From an uncultured Planctomycetales bacterium (GTDB taxonomy: Bacteria; Omnitrophota; Gorgyraeia; Gygaellales; Profunditerraquicolaceae), in contig CAYIFW010000004.1 in NCBI GenBank assembly GCA_964362795.1, positions 1-35,070 on the forward strand: a stretch of 35,070 nucleotides of DNA, given 5' to 3'. A program made the position numbers and the translations under genes. The notes beneath the pieces were generated by a model. That model was not told the origin of the DNA. It made no database searches and saw only the letters and a list, made by a program, of their open reading frames with translations. This document shows, in pieces, positions 1 through 11,422 of the stretch (within the stretch, counting starts at the first letter, position 1; every line of letters begins with the position of its first letter).

Positions 1-62
1 ATTTGAACCCGTGTCGAGAGCTTGAAAAGCTCTTGTCCTGGACCAGGCTAGACGATGGGGTC
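1..62 (-). tRNA. tRNA-Glu(TTC), 3' end truncated by window edge
   Basis: Minus strand reads GACCCCATCGTCTAGCCTGGTCCAGGACA-AGAGC-TTTTCAA-GCTCT-CGACACGGGTTCAAAT: D arm, 5-bp anticodon stem around TTC, and T-loop GGTTCAAAT. Confidence 0.95.
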
Positions 63-63
63 T

Positions 64-306
64 TTAGCCTTCTATTAACTTCTTAAACTTACTGTTCCCC
101 TTAAAATTTTTTATCTGATTCTCGCGCTTTCGCGCTTCAGTTATTGTAATGAATTCTTCTTTATATACTATTCTAAAGGGGCCTTTATTTTTAGTAGAGC
201 TTACGGCATTACGATTATGTTCTTTTAATCTTCTCTCTAAATCTTTACAACTTCCTATATAATGCTTACCCTGGTCATTTCTCAAAACATATACATAATA
301 TAGCAT
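64..306 (-). CDS. Stand-alone small GIY-YIG nuclease (UPF0213/SLX1-like), 80 aa
   Basis: YYVYVL..HYIGS..DLERRLKEHN motif and C-terminal EARKRENQIK helix with the conserved Glu. Confidence 0.9.
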   Translation of the reverse strand: MLYYVYVLRNDQGKHYIGSCKDLERRLKEHNRNAVSSTKNKGPFRIVYKEEFITITEARKRENQIKNFKGNSKFKKLIEG

Positions 307-310
307 AAAA

Positions 311-407
311 CTTGTCCTGGACCAGGCTTCCCGTTTCTCTGTATTTTATATTTTGGAAACGGGATCCCGCCAGATTTTTAACAGCTAGGCGGGAAGACGA
401 TGGGGTC
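311..407 (-). pseudogene. Duplicated 5' half of tRNA-Glu interrupted by a 66-bp double-hairpin insertion
   Basis: 311-328 is identical to 32-49 and 395-407 is identical to 50-62; 329-394 is extra sequence. Confidence 0.9.
329..394. repeat. Two abutting short palindromic elements
   Basis: TCCCGTTTC(329-337)/GAAACGGGA(356-364) directly followed by TCCCGCC(365-371)/GGCGGGA(388-394). Confidence 0.85.
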
Positions 408-412
408 GAACC

Positions 413-2842
413 TTATTCTTCTTCTGCAATTACCGGAGCAACACAAGATACCCGGTCTTTGTCTTGCAGCTTAATTAAGCGGACGCCTTGTGAGGAGCGT
501 CCGGTCTCGCGGATATCTTTTATCGCGCAGCGCAAGAATATTCCGTTCTGCGTAATGACCATCAACTCATCATTATCATTTACAGTTTTTAGATTTACCG
601 CTTGGCCGTTTTTATCCGTAACTTTAATATTAATCACGCCTTTGCCGCCGCGGCTGGTTAATCGATATTCATCAATGGTCGTGCGTTTGGCAAAACCTAA
701 TTCCGTAACCGTTAAGATAGTCGACACTTTTTGCGGAACCACCATATCAATAACTTCATCTTTTTTAGCCAAAGATATCGCCCGCACGCCATGAGCGCCT
801 CGGCCCATTTCACGCACTTTTTCCTCGGAAAATCTTATTGCCTTGCCCTGCCGGGTGCCAATAAGCAACTCCTGCTTTCCATCGGTCATCTCAACGCCAA
901 TTAAGGCATCCTCTTTATCTAAAGTAATTCCGATAATCCCGCCTTTGCGCGGATTACCATAAGCATCAAGTTTAGTCTTTTTAATTTGTCCCAATTTGGT
1001 TACCATGACCAAATATTTGTCCGCTGAAAACTCTTTTACCGGAATAGTCGAACTAACTTTTGCTGACTGCTCCATCTGTAACAAATTAACAATCGCCTTG
1101 CCTTTAGATATGCGGCTGGCCTGGGGAATTTCATAAACCTTTAACCAATGTACCTGGCCTTTATCCGTAAAAATAAGCAGATAATCTTTGGTGGAAGCCA
1201 CAAAAAGATGTTCACTAAAATCCTCTTCTTTTAATTCCGCGCCCATTGCTCCGGTGCCACCGCGTTTTTGTTTACGATACGAACTTACCGGCAGGCGCTT
1301 AATATAACCCCCGTGACTGATAGTAACCACCACATCCTCATCGGCAATTAAATCCTCAACCTCTAACTCTTCGGCCTCCCCCACAATATCCGTGCGACGA
1401 TTATCTCCGTATTTTTTCTTTAACTCTTCCAGTTCAGTTTTAATAATTGATTCGATCTTTTTAAGGGAAGCCAGGATTGCCCGGCATTCATCAATTTTCT
1501 TTAAAAGTTCGGCATACTCGGCTTCCAGCTTGTCACGCTCAAGCGCGGTTAAGCGCTGCAACTGCATTTCTAAAATTGCCTGAGCCTGAATTTCGGAAAG
1601 CTCAAACTCCTTCATTAAATTTACTTTGGCCACCTCCACGCTTTTAGAGGTTTTAATAACTTTAATAATCCGGTCGATGAACTTCAGCGCGATTTTTAAG
1701 CCTTCCAAAATATGCGCGCGCCTTAAAGCTTTGTCCAATTCAAATTGGGTGCGCCTGCGAATTACTACTTTGCGATGTTCAATATAACAATCCAATACCT
1801 GGCGTAAATTTAAAACTTTCGGCCGGTTATCCACCAGGGCCAACATAATAATACCAAAAGTGTTTTCCAGTTGAGTATGTTTAAAGAGCTGATTTAAAAT
1901 AATTTGAGATTCGACATCGCGCTTAAGTTCAACCACAATGCGCATACCTTCTTTGTCTGACTCATCGCGAATATCAGAAATCCCTTCGATTTTTTTATCA
2001 TCCACTAAAGCGGCAATAGCTTCAATCAGCGCGGATTTTTGTACTTGATACGGAATTTCAGTAAAAATAATTAGATCTTTTCCGTTTTTCTGATGTTCCA
2101 CCGTTGCCCGGGAACGTATTAAGAGTTTACCGCGTCCGGTGGTGTAGGCATCTTTAATCCCGCCCTTGCCGCAAATTAATCCGCCGGTGGGGAAATCCGG
2201 GCCTTTAATATAACGCATCAGATCTTTAATTTCTGCTTCGGGATTTTCCAGGATGTGGATAATCGCATCACAAACTTCATTTAAATTATGCGGAGGAATG
2301 TTGGTGGCCATACCTACGGCAATACCGCTGGAGCCGTTAACTAAAAGATTGGGCAAAGTCGCCGGCAATAACAGAGGCTCCTTTAAAGAAGAATCAAAGT
2401 TGGGCCCATAGTTTACGGTTTCTTTTTCAATATCCCCAAGCATCTCATCGGAAACTGCCGCCAAGCGGGCTTCAGTATAACGCATCGCTGCCGCCGCGTC
2501 CCCATCCACCGAACCAAAATTTCCTTGGCCATCGATCAACGGATAACGTAATGAAAAATCCTGCGCCATTCTTACCAGCGTGTCATAAATCGCCACATCG
2601 CCATGCGGATGGTACTTACCCATGGTTTCGCCGACGATACGGGCGCATTTTTTATAGGGTTTAGAGTGTTCAAGGTTGAGTTCGCGCATCGCATAAAGAA
2701 TCCGGCGGTGCACCGGCTTTAAACCATCGCGGACATCCGGCAGAGCGCGGCCGACAATTACGCTCATGGCATAATTTAGATAAGAGTCTTTAACCTCATC
2801 CTCAATATCAACTTCAATTATTTTTTCATTGCGCGTATACAT
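413..2842 (-). CDS. gyrA: DNA gyrase subunit A
   Basis: [31 protein letters not shown] catalytic Tyr, GyrA-box QKRGGTG and C-terminal pinwheel repeats. Confidence 0.99.
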   Translation of the reverse strand: MYTRNEKIIEVDIEDEVKDSYLNYAMSVIVGRALPDVRDGLKPVHRRILYAMRELNLEHSKPYKKCARIVGETMGKYHPHGDVAIYDTLVRMAQDFSLRYPLIDGQGNFGSVDGDAAAAMRYTEARLAAVSDEMLGDIEKETVNYGPNFDSSLKEPLLLPATLPNLLVNGSSGIAVGMATNIPPHNLNEVCDAIIHILENPEAEIKDLMRYIKGPDFPTGGLICGKGGIKDAYTTGRGKLLIRSRATVEHQKNGKDLIIFTEIPYQVQKSALIEAIAALVDDKKIEGISDIRDESDKEGMRIVVELKRDVESQIILNQLFKHTQLENTFGIIMLALVDNRPKVLNLRQVLDCYIEHRKVVIRRRTQFELDKALRRAHILEGLKIALKFIDRIIKVIKTSKSVEVAKVNLMKEFELSEIQAQAILEMQLQRLTALERDKLEAEYAELLKKIDECRAILASLKKIESIIKTELEELKKKYGDNRRTDIVGEAEELEVEDLIADEDVVVTISHGGYIKRLPVSSYRKQKRGGTGAMGAELKEEDFSEHLFVASTKDYLLIFTDKGQVHWLKVYEIPQASRISKGKAIVNLLQMEQSAKVSSTIPVKEFSADKYLVMVTKLGQIKKTKLDAYGNPRKGGIIGITLDKEDALIGVEMTDGKQELLIGTRQGKAIRFSEEKVREMGRGAHGVRAISLAKKDEVIDMVVPQKVSTILTVTELGFAKRTTIDEYRLTSRGGKGVINIKVTDKNGQAVNLKTVNDNDELMVITQNGIFLRCAIKDIRETGRSSQGVRLIKLQDKDRVSCVAPVIAEEE

Positions 2843-2844
2843 AA

Positions 2845-5570
<2,726 letters not shown>

Positions 5571-5574
5571 AATC

Positions 5575-6669
5575 CTAACTTAAGCGCATAGGTAAAACTA
5601 TATAAACATAACCGCTAATCCGGATAACCCCCGGCTTCTCCCCATCGGTCAGTTCCAAACTAATACTCTCATCATTTAAATTTTTCAAAACATCCATTAA
5701 ATAAACCGGATTAAAACCGATCACCATTTCCTTGCCCTGATATTCCACCCCCAACTCTTCATGAAACTCTCCGACATCAGGAGTAGACTTGGAAATAACT
5801 AATTTGTTTTTAAAAACCTCCAGCTTTACCGCTTGATAGTCCTGCGTAGACATAAGCGCGGCTCTTTTTACCGCCAATAAAAACTGGCTCCTCTGAACTT
5901 TCATTTTATTTTCAGTTAGCGCAGGCACTACTTGTTTATAATCCGGAAATTCGCCTTCGATTAAACGCGAAACAACCACCACGCTTCCTAAATCAAAAAG
6001 CGCTTGATTACTGCTCAACACTAAAGACAACTCTCCTGTGTCTTTTAAATTACGATTTAATTCCTGTATAGTTTTAATCGGAATAATGATACTTACTTCT
6101 ACATCCGGATCTACCGCGGTTAGTTTTCTTTCGGTAATAGCTAGCCTCTTGCCATCGGTAGCTACTAAAACCAAAACCCCCTTACTAATTTTAAACAATA
6201 TACCATTTAACACATAACGCGTTTCATCCAAAGAAACCGCAAAAGCAGTTAAAGCCAACATTTGTTTTAAAACATCCTGATCGATTTTAATAGCCTTTTT
6301 ATCCTTAAATTCCGGCAGTTTAGGAAATTCTTCTTTACCCAAACCCATAATTTTAAACTGACACAAATCTGAATCAATAATAACTTGATTGTTTTTTTTA
6401 GTAGTAATACTAATTACATCTAAAGGAAATTCTTTAACTATATCACTAAATCTTTTAGCCGGAATAGTAATTGCCCCCTGTTCCTGAATATCCACAGGGA
6501 TTACACAGGTTATTCCTATATCTAAATCAGTAGCGGTTAACCGCAAAACTTCCGCTTGAGCTTCAATTAAGATATTGGAAAGGATCGGCAAGGCGGATTT
6601 TGAGGTAATTATGTTTTGAACGGCACTAATGGCGTTAATTAAATCTACCTTTTTAACCTTGAATTTCAT
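5575..6669 (-). CDS. dnaN: DNA polymerase III beta clamp
   Basis: LPILSNILI, LTATDLD, VATDGKRLA, RLIEGEFPDY, C-terminal IVLPMR; downstream of dnaA. Confidence 0.99.
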   Translation of the reverse strand: MKFKVKKVDLINAISAVQNIITSKSALPILSNILIEAQAEVLRLTATDLDIGITCVIPVDIQEQGAITIPAKRFSDIVKEFPLDVISITTKKNNQVIIDSDLCQFKIMGLGKEEFPKLPEFKDKKAIKIDQDVLKQMLALTAFAVSLDETRYVLNGILFKISKGVLVLVATDGKRLAITERKLTAVDPDVEVSIIIPIKTIQELNRNLKDTGELSLVLSSNQALFDLGSVVVVSRLIEGEFPDYKQVVPALTENKMKVQRSQFLLAVKRAALMSTQDYQAVKLEVFKNKLVISKSTPDVGEFHEELGVEYQGKEMVIGFNPVYLMDVLKNLNDESISLELTDGEKPGVIRISGYVYIVLPMRLS

Positions 6670-6809
6670 TTTATAATCTCCTTCTATTAGTATATATTTA
6701 AAAACTTAAAATCGTAGTAGTCGTAATACAAGAAATATCTGTTAACAAACACCTAACTCTTTGCCCTAAAATTAATTATAATAAATAAGCTGCTTTAATA
6801 ACCTGGGTA
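6670..6809. other. oriC unwinding sub-region (DnaA-trios plus AT-rich DUE)
   Basis: dnaA-sense strand reads TAT-TAC-GAC-TAC-TAC-GAT (6728-6711), then an AT-rich tract and the dnaN RBS, resembling B. subtilis incC. Only a degenerate box (TTGTTAACA) is nearby. Confidence 0.7.
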
Positions 6810-8144
6810 CTATTGTTTTATAACTTGAATAACTTTTTCAATCCGGTCTTTTAATTCCGGGTTACGGTGAAACTCTTCCTTGATTTTATTATAAGAATGT
6901 AAAACCGTAGTATGGTCTTTGCCTCCAAAAAGTTCTCCAATTTCTGGTAAAGATAAATCTGTTAATTCTCTGCTTAAATACATAGCAATTTGTCGAGGTA
7001 ACACAATTTGTTTGTTGCGGCGCTTATTTTTGAGATCTTGTAAAGAAACGCCGAATTCTTCCGCCACACAACGTTGGATAAAATCTACGGTGATTAATTT
7101 CGTGGGTTCTTTTAATAAATCTTTCAATACTTCTCTGGTTAATTGCAGATTTACCGGAGACTCTTCTAATAAAGAATAAGCGATGGTTCTGATTAAGGCG
7201 CCCTCTAGTTCACGGATGTTAGTTTTAATTAACTGGGCGATAAAAAAGATTACATCGTCAGGTATGGTGACGGGCTCGCGTTCAATCTTCTTTTTTAAAA
7301 TAGCTACCCGGGTTTCTAAATCCGGTGGTTGGATATCAGTGGCCAGCCCCCAGCCGAACCGTGAGACCAGCCTTTCCTGTAAATTAGTGATTTCTTTGGG
7401 AGGCCGGTCCGAAGAAAAAACAATTTGTTTGTGTGCGTCGTATAGGGTATTAAAGGTGTGGAAAAATTCTTCCTGAGTGGATTCTTTGCCGGCGATAAAA
7501 TGAATATCGTCAATAACTAAAACGTCAAGGGAACGGTATTTTTGGCGAAAAGCCGCGGTAGAGCGGTGCGCTATAGCGTCAATGAGTTCGTTAGTAAATT
7601 TTTCACTGGAGACATAGCAAATTTTTACGCCGGCGGGATTATTATTTTTGATTTGGTGGCAGATTGCCTGGATCAGGTGGGTTTTACCTAAGCCTACCCC
7701 TCCATAAATAAATAACGGGTTGTAGGTTTTTGCCGGGGAATTGGCTACGGCCAGTGAATAAGCGTGCGCGTGCCGGTTGGACGGGCCGATAACAAAATTG
7801 TCAAAAGTATAACGCGAGTTAAGATTGACGGAGCTGGTAGGCAAGGTATTTTTTAGATTGATTTCACCGGCAGACGGAATAGATAGGTCTTTTTGTGAAC
7901 TACTGACAACCAGTTTTACTAACAGATTATCTAAGCCTTGGAGTTTTAGCGTTTCTTGGATAAGTCCCAGGTAATGTTTTTCTACCCAGTCTTTAAAAAA
8001 TTGGTCCGGCGCCTCAAGATGGATATTGTGGTTGTCTTGGGCTGAAAATTTAAGCGGCGCTATCCAGGTAGCAAAAATGGTATCGCCGAGCCTGGCTTTT
8101 AAGCCTTTTTGTGCCTCTTCCCAATTTTTTATAAGCTCAAACAT
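6810..8144 (-). CDS. dnaA: Chromosomal replication initiator DnaA
   Basis: YTFDNFVIG, YNPLFIYGGVGLGKTHL, TQEEFFHTFN, FGGKDHTTVLHS. Confidence 0.99.
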   Translation of the reverse strand: MFELIKNWEEAQKGLKARLGDTIFATWIAPLKFSAQDNHNIHLEAPDQFFKDWVEKHYLGLIQETLKLQGLDNLLVKLVVSSSQKDLSIPSAGEINLKNTLPTSSVNLNSRYTFDNFVIGPSNRHAHAYSLAVANSPAKTYNPLFIYGGVGLGKTHLIQAICHQIKNNNPAGVKICYVSSEKFTNELIDAIAHRSTAAFRQKYRSLDVLVIDDIHFIAGKESTQEEFFHTFNTLYDAHKQIVFSSDRPPKEITNLQERLVSRFGWGLATDIQPPDLETRVAILKKKIEREPVTIPDDVIFFIAQLIKTNIRELEGALIRTIAYSLLEESPVNLQLTREVLKDLLKEPTKLITVDFIQRCVAEEFGVSLQDLKNKRRNKQIVLPRQIAMYLSRELTDLSLPEIGELFGGKDHTTVLHSYNKIKEEFHRNPELKDRIEKVIQVIKQ

Positions 8145-8192
8145 GATTGTTAGGCCCTCAATCGCTCCAAGGGAATTTACAGAGTTAACAGC

Positions 8193-8223
8193 TTATGCAC
8201 AACTTGCATAAATCTGTGGATAA
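8193..8223. promoter_or_regulatory. DnaA boxes upstream of dnaA
   Basis: TTATGCACA at 8193-8201 and perfect TGTGGATAA at 8215-8223, in opposite orientations. Confidence 0.8.
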
Positions 8224-8283
8224 AATTAACGCGACAAATTACGTTAAACATAGTTATTATAACAGAGACCAAAATCCTTGTAA

Positions 8284-8332
8284 GCCCCGTTAGTTAAGTT
8301 CCACCAGAATAGCATAAGGTAACTAACGGGGC
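8284..8332. repeat. 13-bp perfect inverted repeat element
   Basis: GCCCCGTTAGTTA(8284-8296) and TAACTAACGGGGC(8320-8332), 23-nt loop. Confidence 0.9.
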
Positions 8333-8356
8333 AAGGAAAAAAGTTAAACGTCAGTT

Positions 8357-8384
8357 ATTATACAATAATTTATTCAAGCGTCAA
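8357..8384 (-). promoter_or_regulatory. Putative sigma70 promoter of dnaA
   Basis: Minus strand TTGACG-N16-TATAAT. Confidence 0.65.
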
Positions 8385-8392
8385 TAAAAAAC

Positions 8393-8421
8393 TTGACCTT
8401 AGAATAAATGTATGTTACAAT
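8393..8421 (+). promoter_or_regulatory. Putative sigma70 promoter of rpmH operon
   Basis: TTGACC-N17-TACAAT with TGn extended -10. Confidence 0.7.
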
Positions 8422-8465
8422 TCACAAAATTCAGAAGTATTGAACAATCTAAAGGAGCGGTAAAA

Positions 8466-8603
8466 ATGAAAAAGAATTTAAAGACCCCCACAAACATTGT
8501 TGGAAAAAAACGTCATGGATTCCGCAGTAAAATGGCTTCTAAATCCGGGCGCAAGCTTATCGCGCGTCGACGGGCGAAAGGCAGAAAGAGGCTTTGTATT
8601 TGA
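8466..8603 (+). CDS. rpmH: 50S ribosomal protein L34
   Basis: [27 protein letters not shown]; AAGGAG RBS before ATG 8466; divergent from dnaA. Confidence 0.95.
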   Translation: MKKNLKTPTNIVGKKRHGFRSKMASKSGRKLIARRRAKGRKRLCI

Positions 8604-8818
8604 GGCCGGGAAGCTTTGCAATTAAATTAATAGCGGTTTATCAAAAATATATAAGGCCGGTTATGCCGTTGTGCTGCCGGTTTGAACCGAGTTGTTCCGA
8701 GTATGCCAAGCAGGCTATTATAAAGTACGGATTAATAAAAGGAGTATGCAAGGGAATAGTTAGGATATCTCGCTGTCAGCCTTTTTCTCGGCGGTCTGGC
8801 TATGATCCCTTAGTATAA
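8594..8818 (+). CDS. yidD: Membrane protein insertion efficiency factor YidD (start TTG 8594 or 8600)
   Basis: [34 protein letters not shown]. Confidence 0.95.
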   Translation: MYLRPGSFAIKLIAVYQKYIRPVMPLCCRFEPSCSEYAKQAIIKYGLIKGVCKGIVRISRCQPFSRRSGYDPLV

Positions 8819-8824
8819 AATTTT

Positions 8825-10354
8825 ATGGAAAAACGTTTAGTTTTAGCAATCGCATTATCGCTTTTGGTATTAATGAGCTGGTCGGCGTTAGCTCCTAAAC
8901 CACAAATCATTGAAAATAAAGGAGTTACAGCAGTAAATGCCCCACTTTCAGTTTTATCAGGCTTGGGCACTCCCTCTCTCCAGCCGTCCGTTGCAGTGCA
9001 ATCTTTGATTGATGAGGTTAAGGAAACTGTAAAATTTACCCAAGAGAAACGTGACATTATTTTTAATCCGGAAAGAGCGGTGATCGTTGAGGTTATCTTT
9101 AAAAATAATCTTGAGCATCGCTTGCCGCTGAAAATCGGTTTGCTTAGTGACGAAGGGTTAACTTTTAAACAGCAAGACATAACTCAGGATTCAATTACTT
9201 TTGTGCATGAAGATCAAAATAAGCGTATTATTAAGAAGTTTACTATGCCTAACAATAGTTATACCATAGATTTAGAGATACAAATACAAAATTTATCCTC
9301 TTCTCCTCTGTTGCAAAAGTTTCAATTAGTTTTAGGCAGGTTAGATTTATCCGCTAAAAATATTCAAGCGCGTTATCAGGATGTGCTACTTGGAGGCAAG
9401 GAAAAAACTTTGCACCTGGGAGCAGGCAAGGATTTTAATAGTCCAGATGTAAAGTTCATAGGACTGCGGGATCAGTATTTTTGTGCCATTGTTGAACCGG
9501 TTGATTTTGCGGCTAGTGGTTATGTCAAGAAAATTAGCGCGCAGGAATCCGAAGTGGGAATGTTGGCTAATGAAATAGAATTAAAGGCTGGGGCCCAGAT
9601 TGGACATTCTTACCGTATATTTTTAGGGCCGCAAGATATCAAAACGATTAACAATCTTAAACCAGAATGGACATCAATCGTATATTTCGGCACCTTTGAT
9701 TTTATTGCGCAGTTACTTTTACAGCTTTTAGGGTTCTTTTATAGCTTAGTTCATAATTGGGGGCTAGCTATTATCATCTTAAGTATCGCTGTTTATTTTC
9801 TATTATTTCCGCTTTCCATTAAGCAAATGCGTTCGATGAAGGAGATGCAGCTTTTACAACCTAAAATTGAAGCTTTGCGCAAGGAGCTTAAGGATAATCC
9901 GCAAAGATTGAACAAGGAAATCATGGAACTCTATAAAGAGCATAAGGTTAACCCGCTTAGTGGTTGTTTGCCGCTATTATTGCAGATGCCGATATTCTTT
10001 GCGCTTTATCAGGCTTTAATCCGCTCCGTAGATTTAAGAGGAGCCCATTTTTGGTGGATTAAAGATCTATCTTCGCCGGATAAACTGTTTATTTTCAAGG
10101 ATGCAATACCTTTAATCGGGAAAGATATCAATATCTTGCCCATTTTAATGGCTATTGGCATGTTTGTGCAACAGAAGATTTCCATGGGTAAGGCTACCGG
10201 AGAAGCTGCTCAGCAGCAGAAAATGATGTCCATTATCATGCCGATAATGTTTGGAGTTATTTTTTATCAAATGCCCTCAGGGCTGGTGCTTTATTGGTTT
10301 GTTAATAGTATATTAATGTTAAGTTACCAATTTCGCGTGAATAGTCAAAAATGA
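8825..10354 (+). CDS. yidC: Membrane protein insertase YidC
   Basis: MEKRLVLAI N-terminus, NWGLAII, SGCLPLLLQMPIFFALY, WIKDLSSPD, PSGLVLYWFVN. Confidence 0.98.
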   Translation: MEKRLVLAIALSLLVLMSWSALAPKPQIIENKGVTAVNAPLSVLSGLGTPSLQPSVAVQSLIDEVKETVKFTQEKRDIIFNPERAVIVEVIFKNNLEHRLPLKIGLLSDEGLTFKQQDITQDSITFVHEDQNKRIIKKFTMPNNSYTIDLEIQIQNLSSSPLLQKFQLVLGRLDLSAKNIQARYQDVLLGGKEKTLHLGAGKDFNSPDVKFIGLRDQYFCAIVEPVDFAASGYVKKISAQESEVGMLANEIELKAGAQIGHSYRIFLGPQDIKTINNLKPEWTSIVYFGTFDFIAQLLLQLLGFFYSLVHNWGLAIIILSIAVYFLLFPLSIKQMRSMKEMQLLQPKIEALRKELKDNPQRLNKEIMELYKEHKVNPLSGCLPLLLQMPIFFALYQALIRSVDLRGAHFWWIKDLSSPDKLFIFKDAIPLIGKDINILPILMAIGMFVQQKISMGKATGEAAQQQKMMSIIMPIMFGVIFYQMPSGLVLYWFVNSILMLSYQFRVNSQK

Positions 10355-10542
10355 AAAAAGTGAAATCTATCGAAGTTAAAGGGAATTCTGTCGAAGAGGC
10401 GATTGCTAAAGCCCTACAAGAGCTTAAGCTGCCTCGGAGCCGCGTAAAAATAGAGAGTGTAGCTGAGGAGAAGAAGGGGCTTTTCGGGATGCCCGGAGCT
10501 AAGCCGGCTAAGGTGCGCGTAAGCGTGATCGAAAGTAAATAA
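10351..10542 (+). CDS. Jag N-terminal-domain-only protein (63 aa)
   Basis: IEVKGNSVEEAIAKALQEL..KKGLFG..KPAKVRV matches Jag_N; ATGA overlap with yidC; no KH or R3H domain follows. Confidence 0.85.
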   Translation: MKKVKSIEVKGNSVEEAIAKALQELKLPRSRVKIESVAEEKKGLFGMPGAKPAKVRVSVIESK

Positions 10543-10546
10543 TTAC

Positions 10547-10574
10547 TTGACAATTGATTTAATTTTGAGATAAT
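10547..10574 (+). promoter_or_regulatory. Putative sigma70 promoter of parAB operon
   Basis: TTGACA-N16-GATAAT with TGn before the -10. Confidence 0.55.
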
Positions 10575-10592
10575 TGATTTAGTTGAAAGATA

Positions 10593-10608
10593 TGTTTCGC
10601 GTGGAACA
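10593..10608. promoter_or_regulatory. parS site
   Basis: TGTTTCGCGTGGAACA, 2 mismatches to TGTTTCACGTGAAACA, just upstream of parA. Confidence 0.8.
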
Positions 10609-10630
10609 TATTATAACTATAATAATATCA

Positions 10631-11422
10631 ATGGGTAAAATAATTGCAATCTGTAATCAGAAAGGCGGGGTAGGTAAAACTACCACCTCGATTAACCTTG
10701 CGGCATATCTGGCTATGGCAGGCAAGAAAGTTATGCTCATTGATTTGGATCCCCAGGCTAACGCTACCAGCGGCATCGGAATTAATAAACATGATATTCA
10801 AAAAAGCACCTACCATATTCTCCTCGAAGAATTAAAACTCGTCGATATTTTACAAAAAACTGCAATTGATAATCTTTGGCTGGCTCCGTCCAATCTGGAT
10901 TTAACCGGCGCGGAGGTAGAGCTAGTGGGAGCGCTTGGCCGCGAGTATAGATTAAAGCGAGCCTTACAGGTTGAAAAAGATAATTATGATTTTATGCTGA
11001 TTGATTCACCGCCTTCATTGGGATTGTTGACGATTAATGGATTATGCGCCGCGGATTCAGTGATCATCCCGGTTCAATGTGAATATTATGCTTTAGAGGG
11101 GTTGACGCAACTCCATAATACAGTTAGGCTTGTGAAAGAAAACCTTAATCCATCTTTAAGTGTCGAAGGCGTACTTTTAACTATGGCAGATTTTCGGACC
11201 AATCTTACTAAAGAAGTTATCCAGGAAGCGCGTAATCATTTTAAAGATAAAGTTTATACTACGGTAATTCCTAGAAATATCCGTCTTACTGAAGCGCCGA
11301 GTTTTGGCCAGCCGATTGCTTTGTATGATAAGGATTCTTTGGGGGCACAAAAATACGCCGAACTCAGTAAAGAAATTTTAGGCTTATCAGTAAATTCACA
11401 AATTTCAAAAGGAGTATCTTAA
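10631..11422 (+). CDS. parA: Chromosome partitioning ATPase ParA/Soj
   Basis: MGKIIAICNQKGGVGKTT deviant Walker A, IDLDPQANAT, IDSPPSLG, IPRNIRLTEAPSFG. Confidence 0.98.
   Translation: MGKIIAICNQKGGVGKTTTSINLAAYLAMAGKKVMLIDLDPQANATSGIGINKHDIQKSTYHILLEELKLVDILQKTAIDNLWLAPSNLDLTGAEVELVGALGREYRLKRALQVEKDNYDFMLIDSPPSLGLLTINGLCAADSVIIPVQCEYYALEGLTQLHNTVRLVKENLNPSLSVEGVLLTMADFRTNLTKEVIQEARNHFKDKVYTTVIPRNIRLTEAPSFGQPIALYDKDSLGAQKYAELSKEILGLSVNSQISKGVS

Noticed and set aside
64-407. tRNA intron (group I with homing endonuclease) or integrase-type prophage att site
   Set aside because: The downstream tRNA is uninterrupted, there is no room for a ribozyme core, and no integrase lies between the repeats.
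312-794. 160-aa plus-strand ORF and the many other antisense or alternate-frame ORFs in the track
   Set aside because: They overlap well-supported genes or tRNAs and show no recognisable motifs.
8412-8465. N-terminal extensions of L34 (also ParA 10583-10630 and L35 17584-17625)
   Set aside because: They run through promoter, parS or repeat sequence; family N-termini point to the later ATGs.
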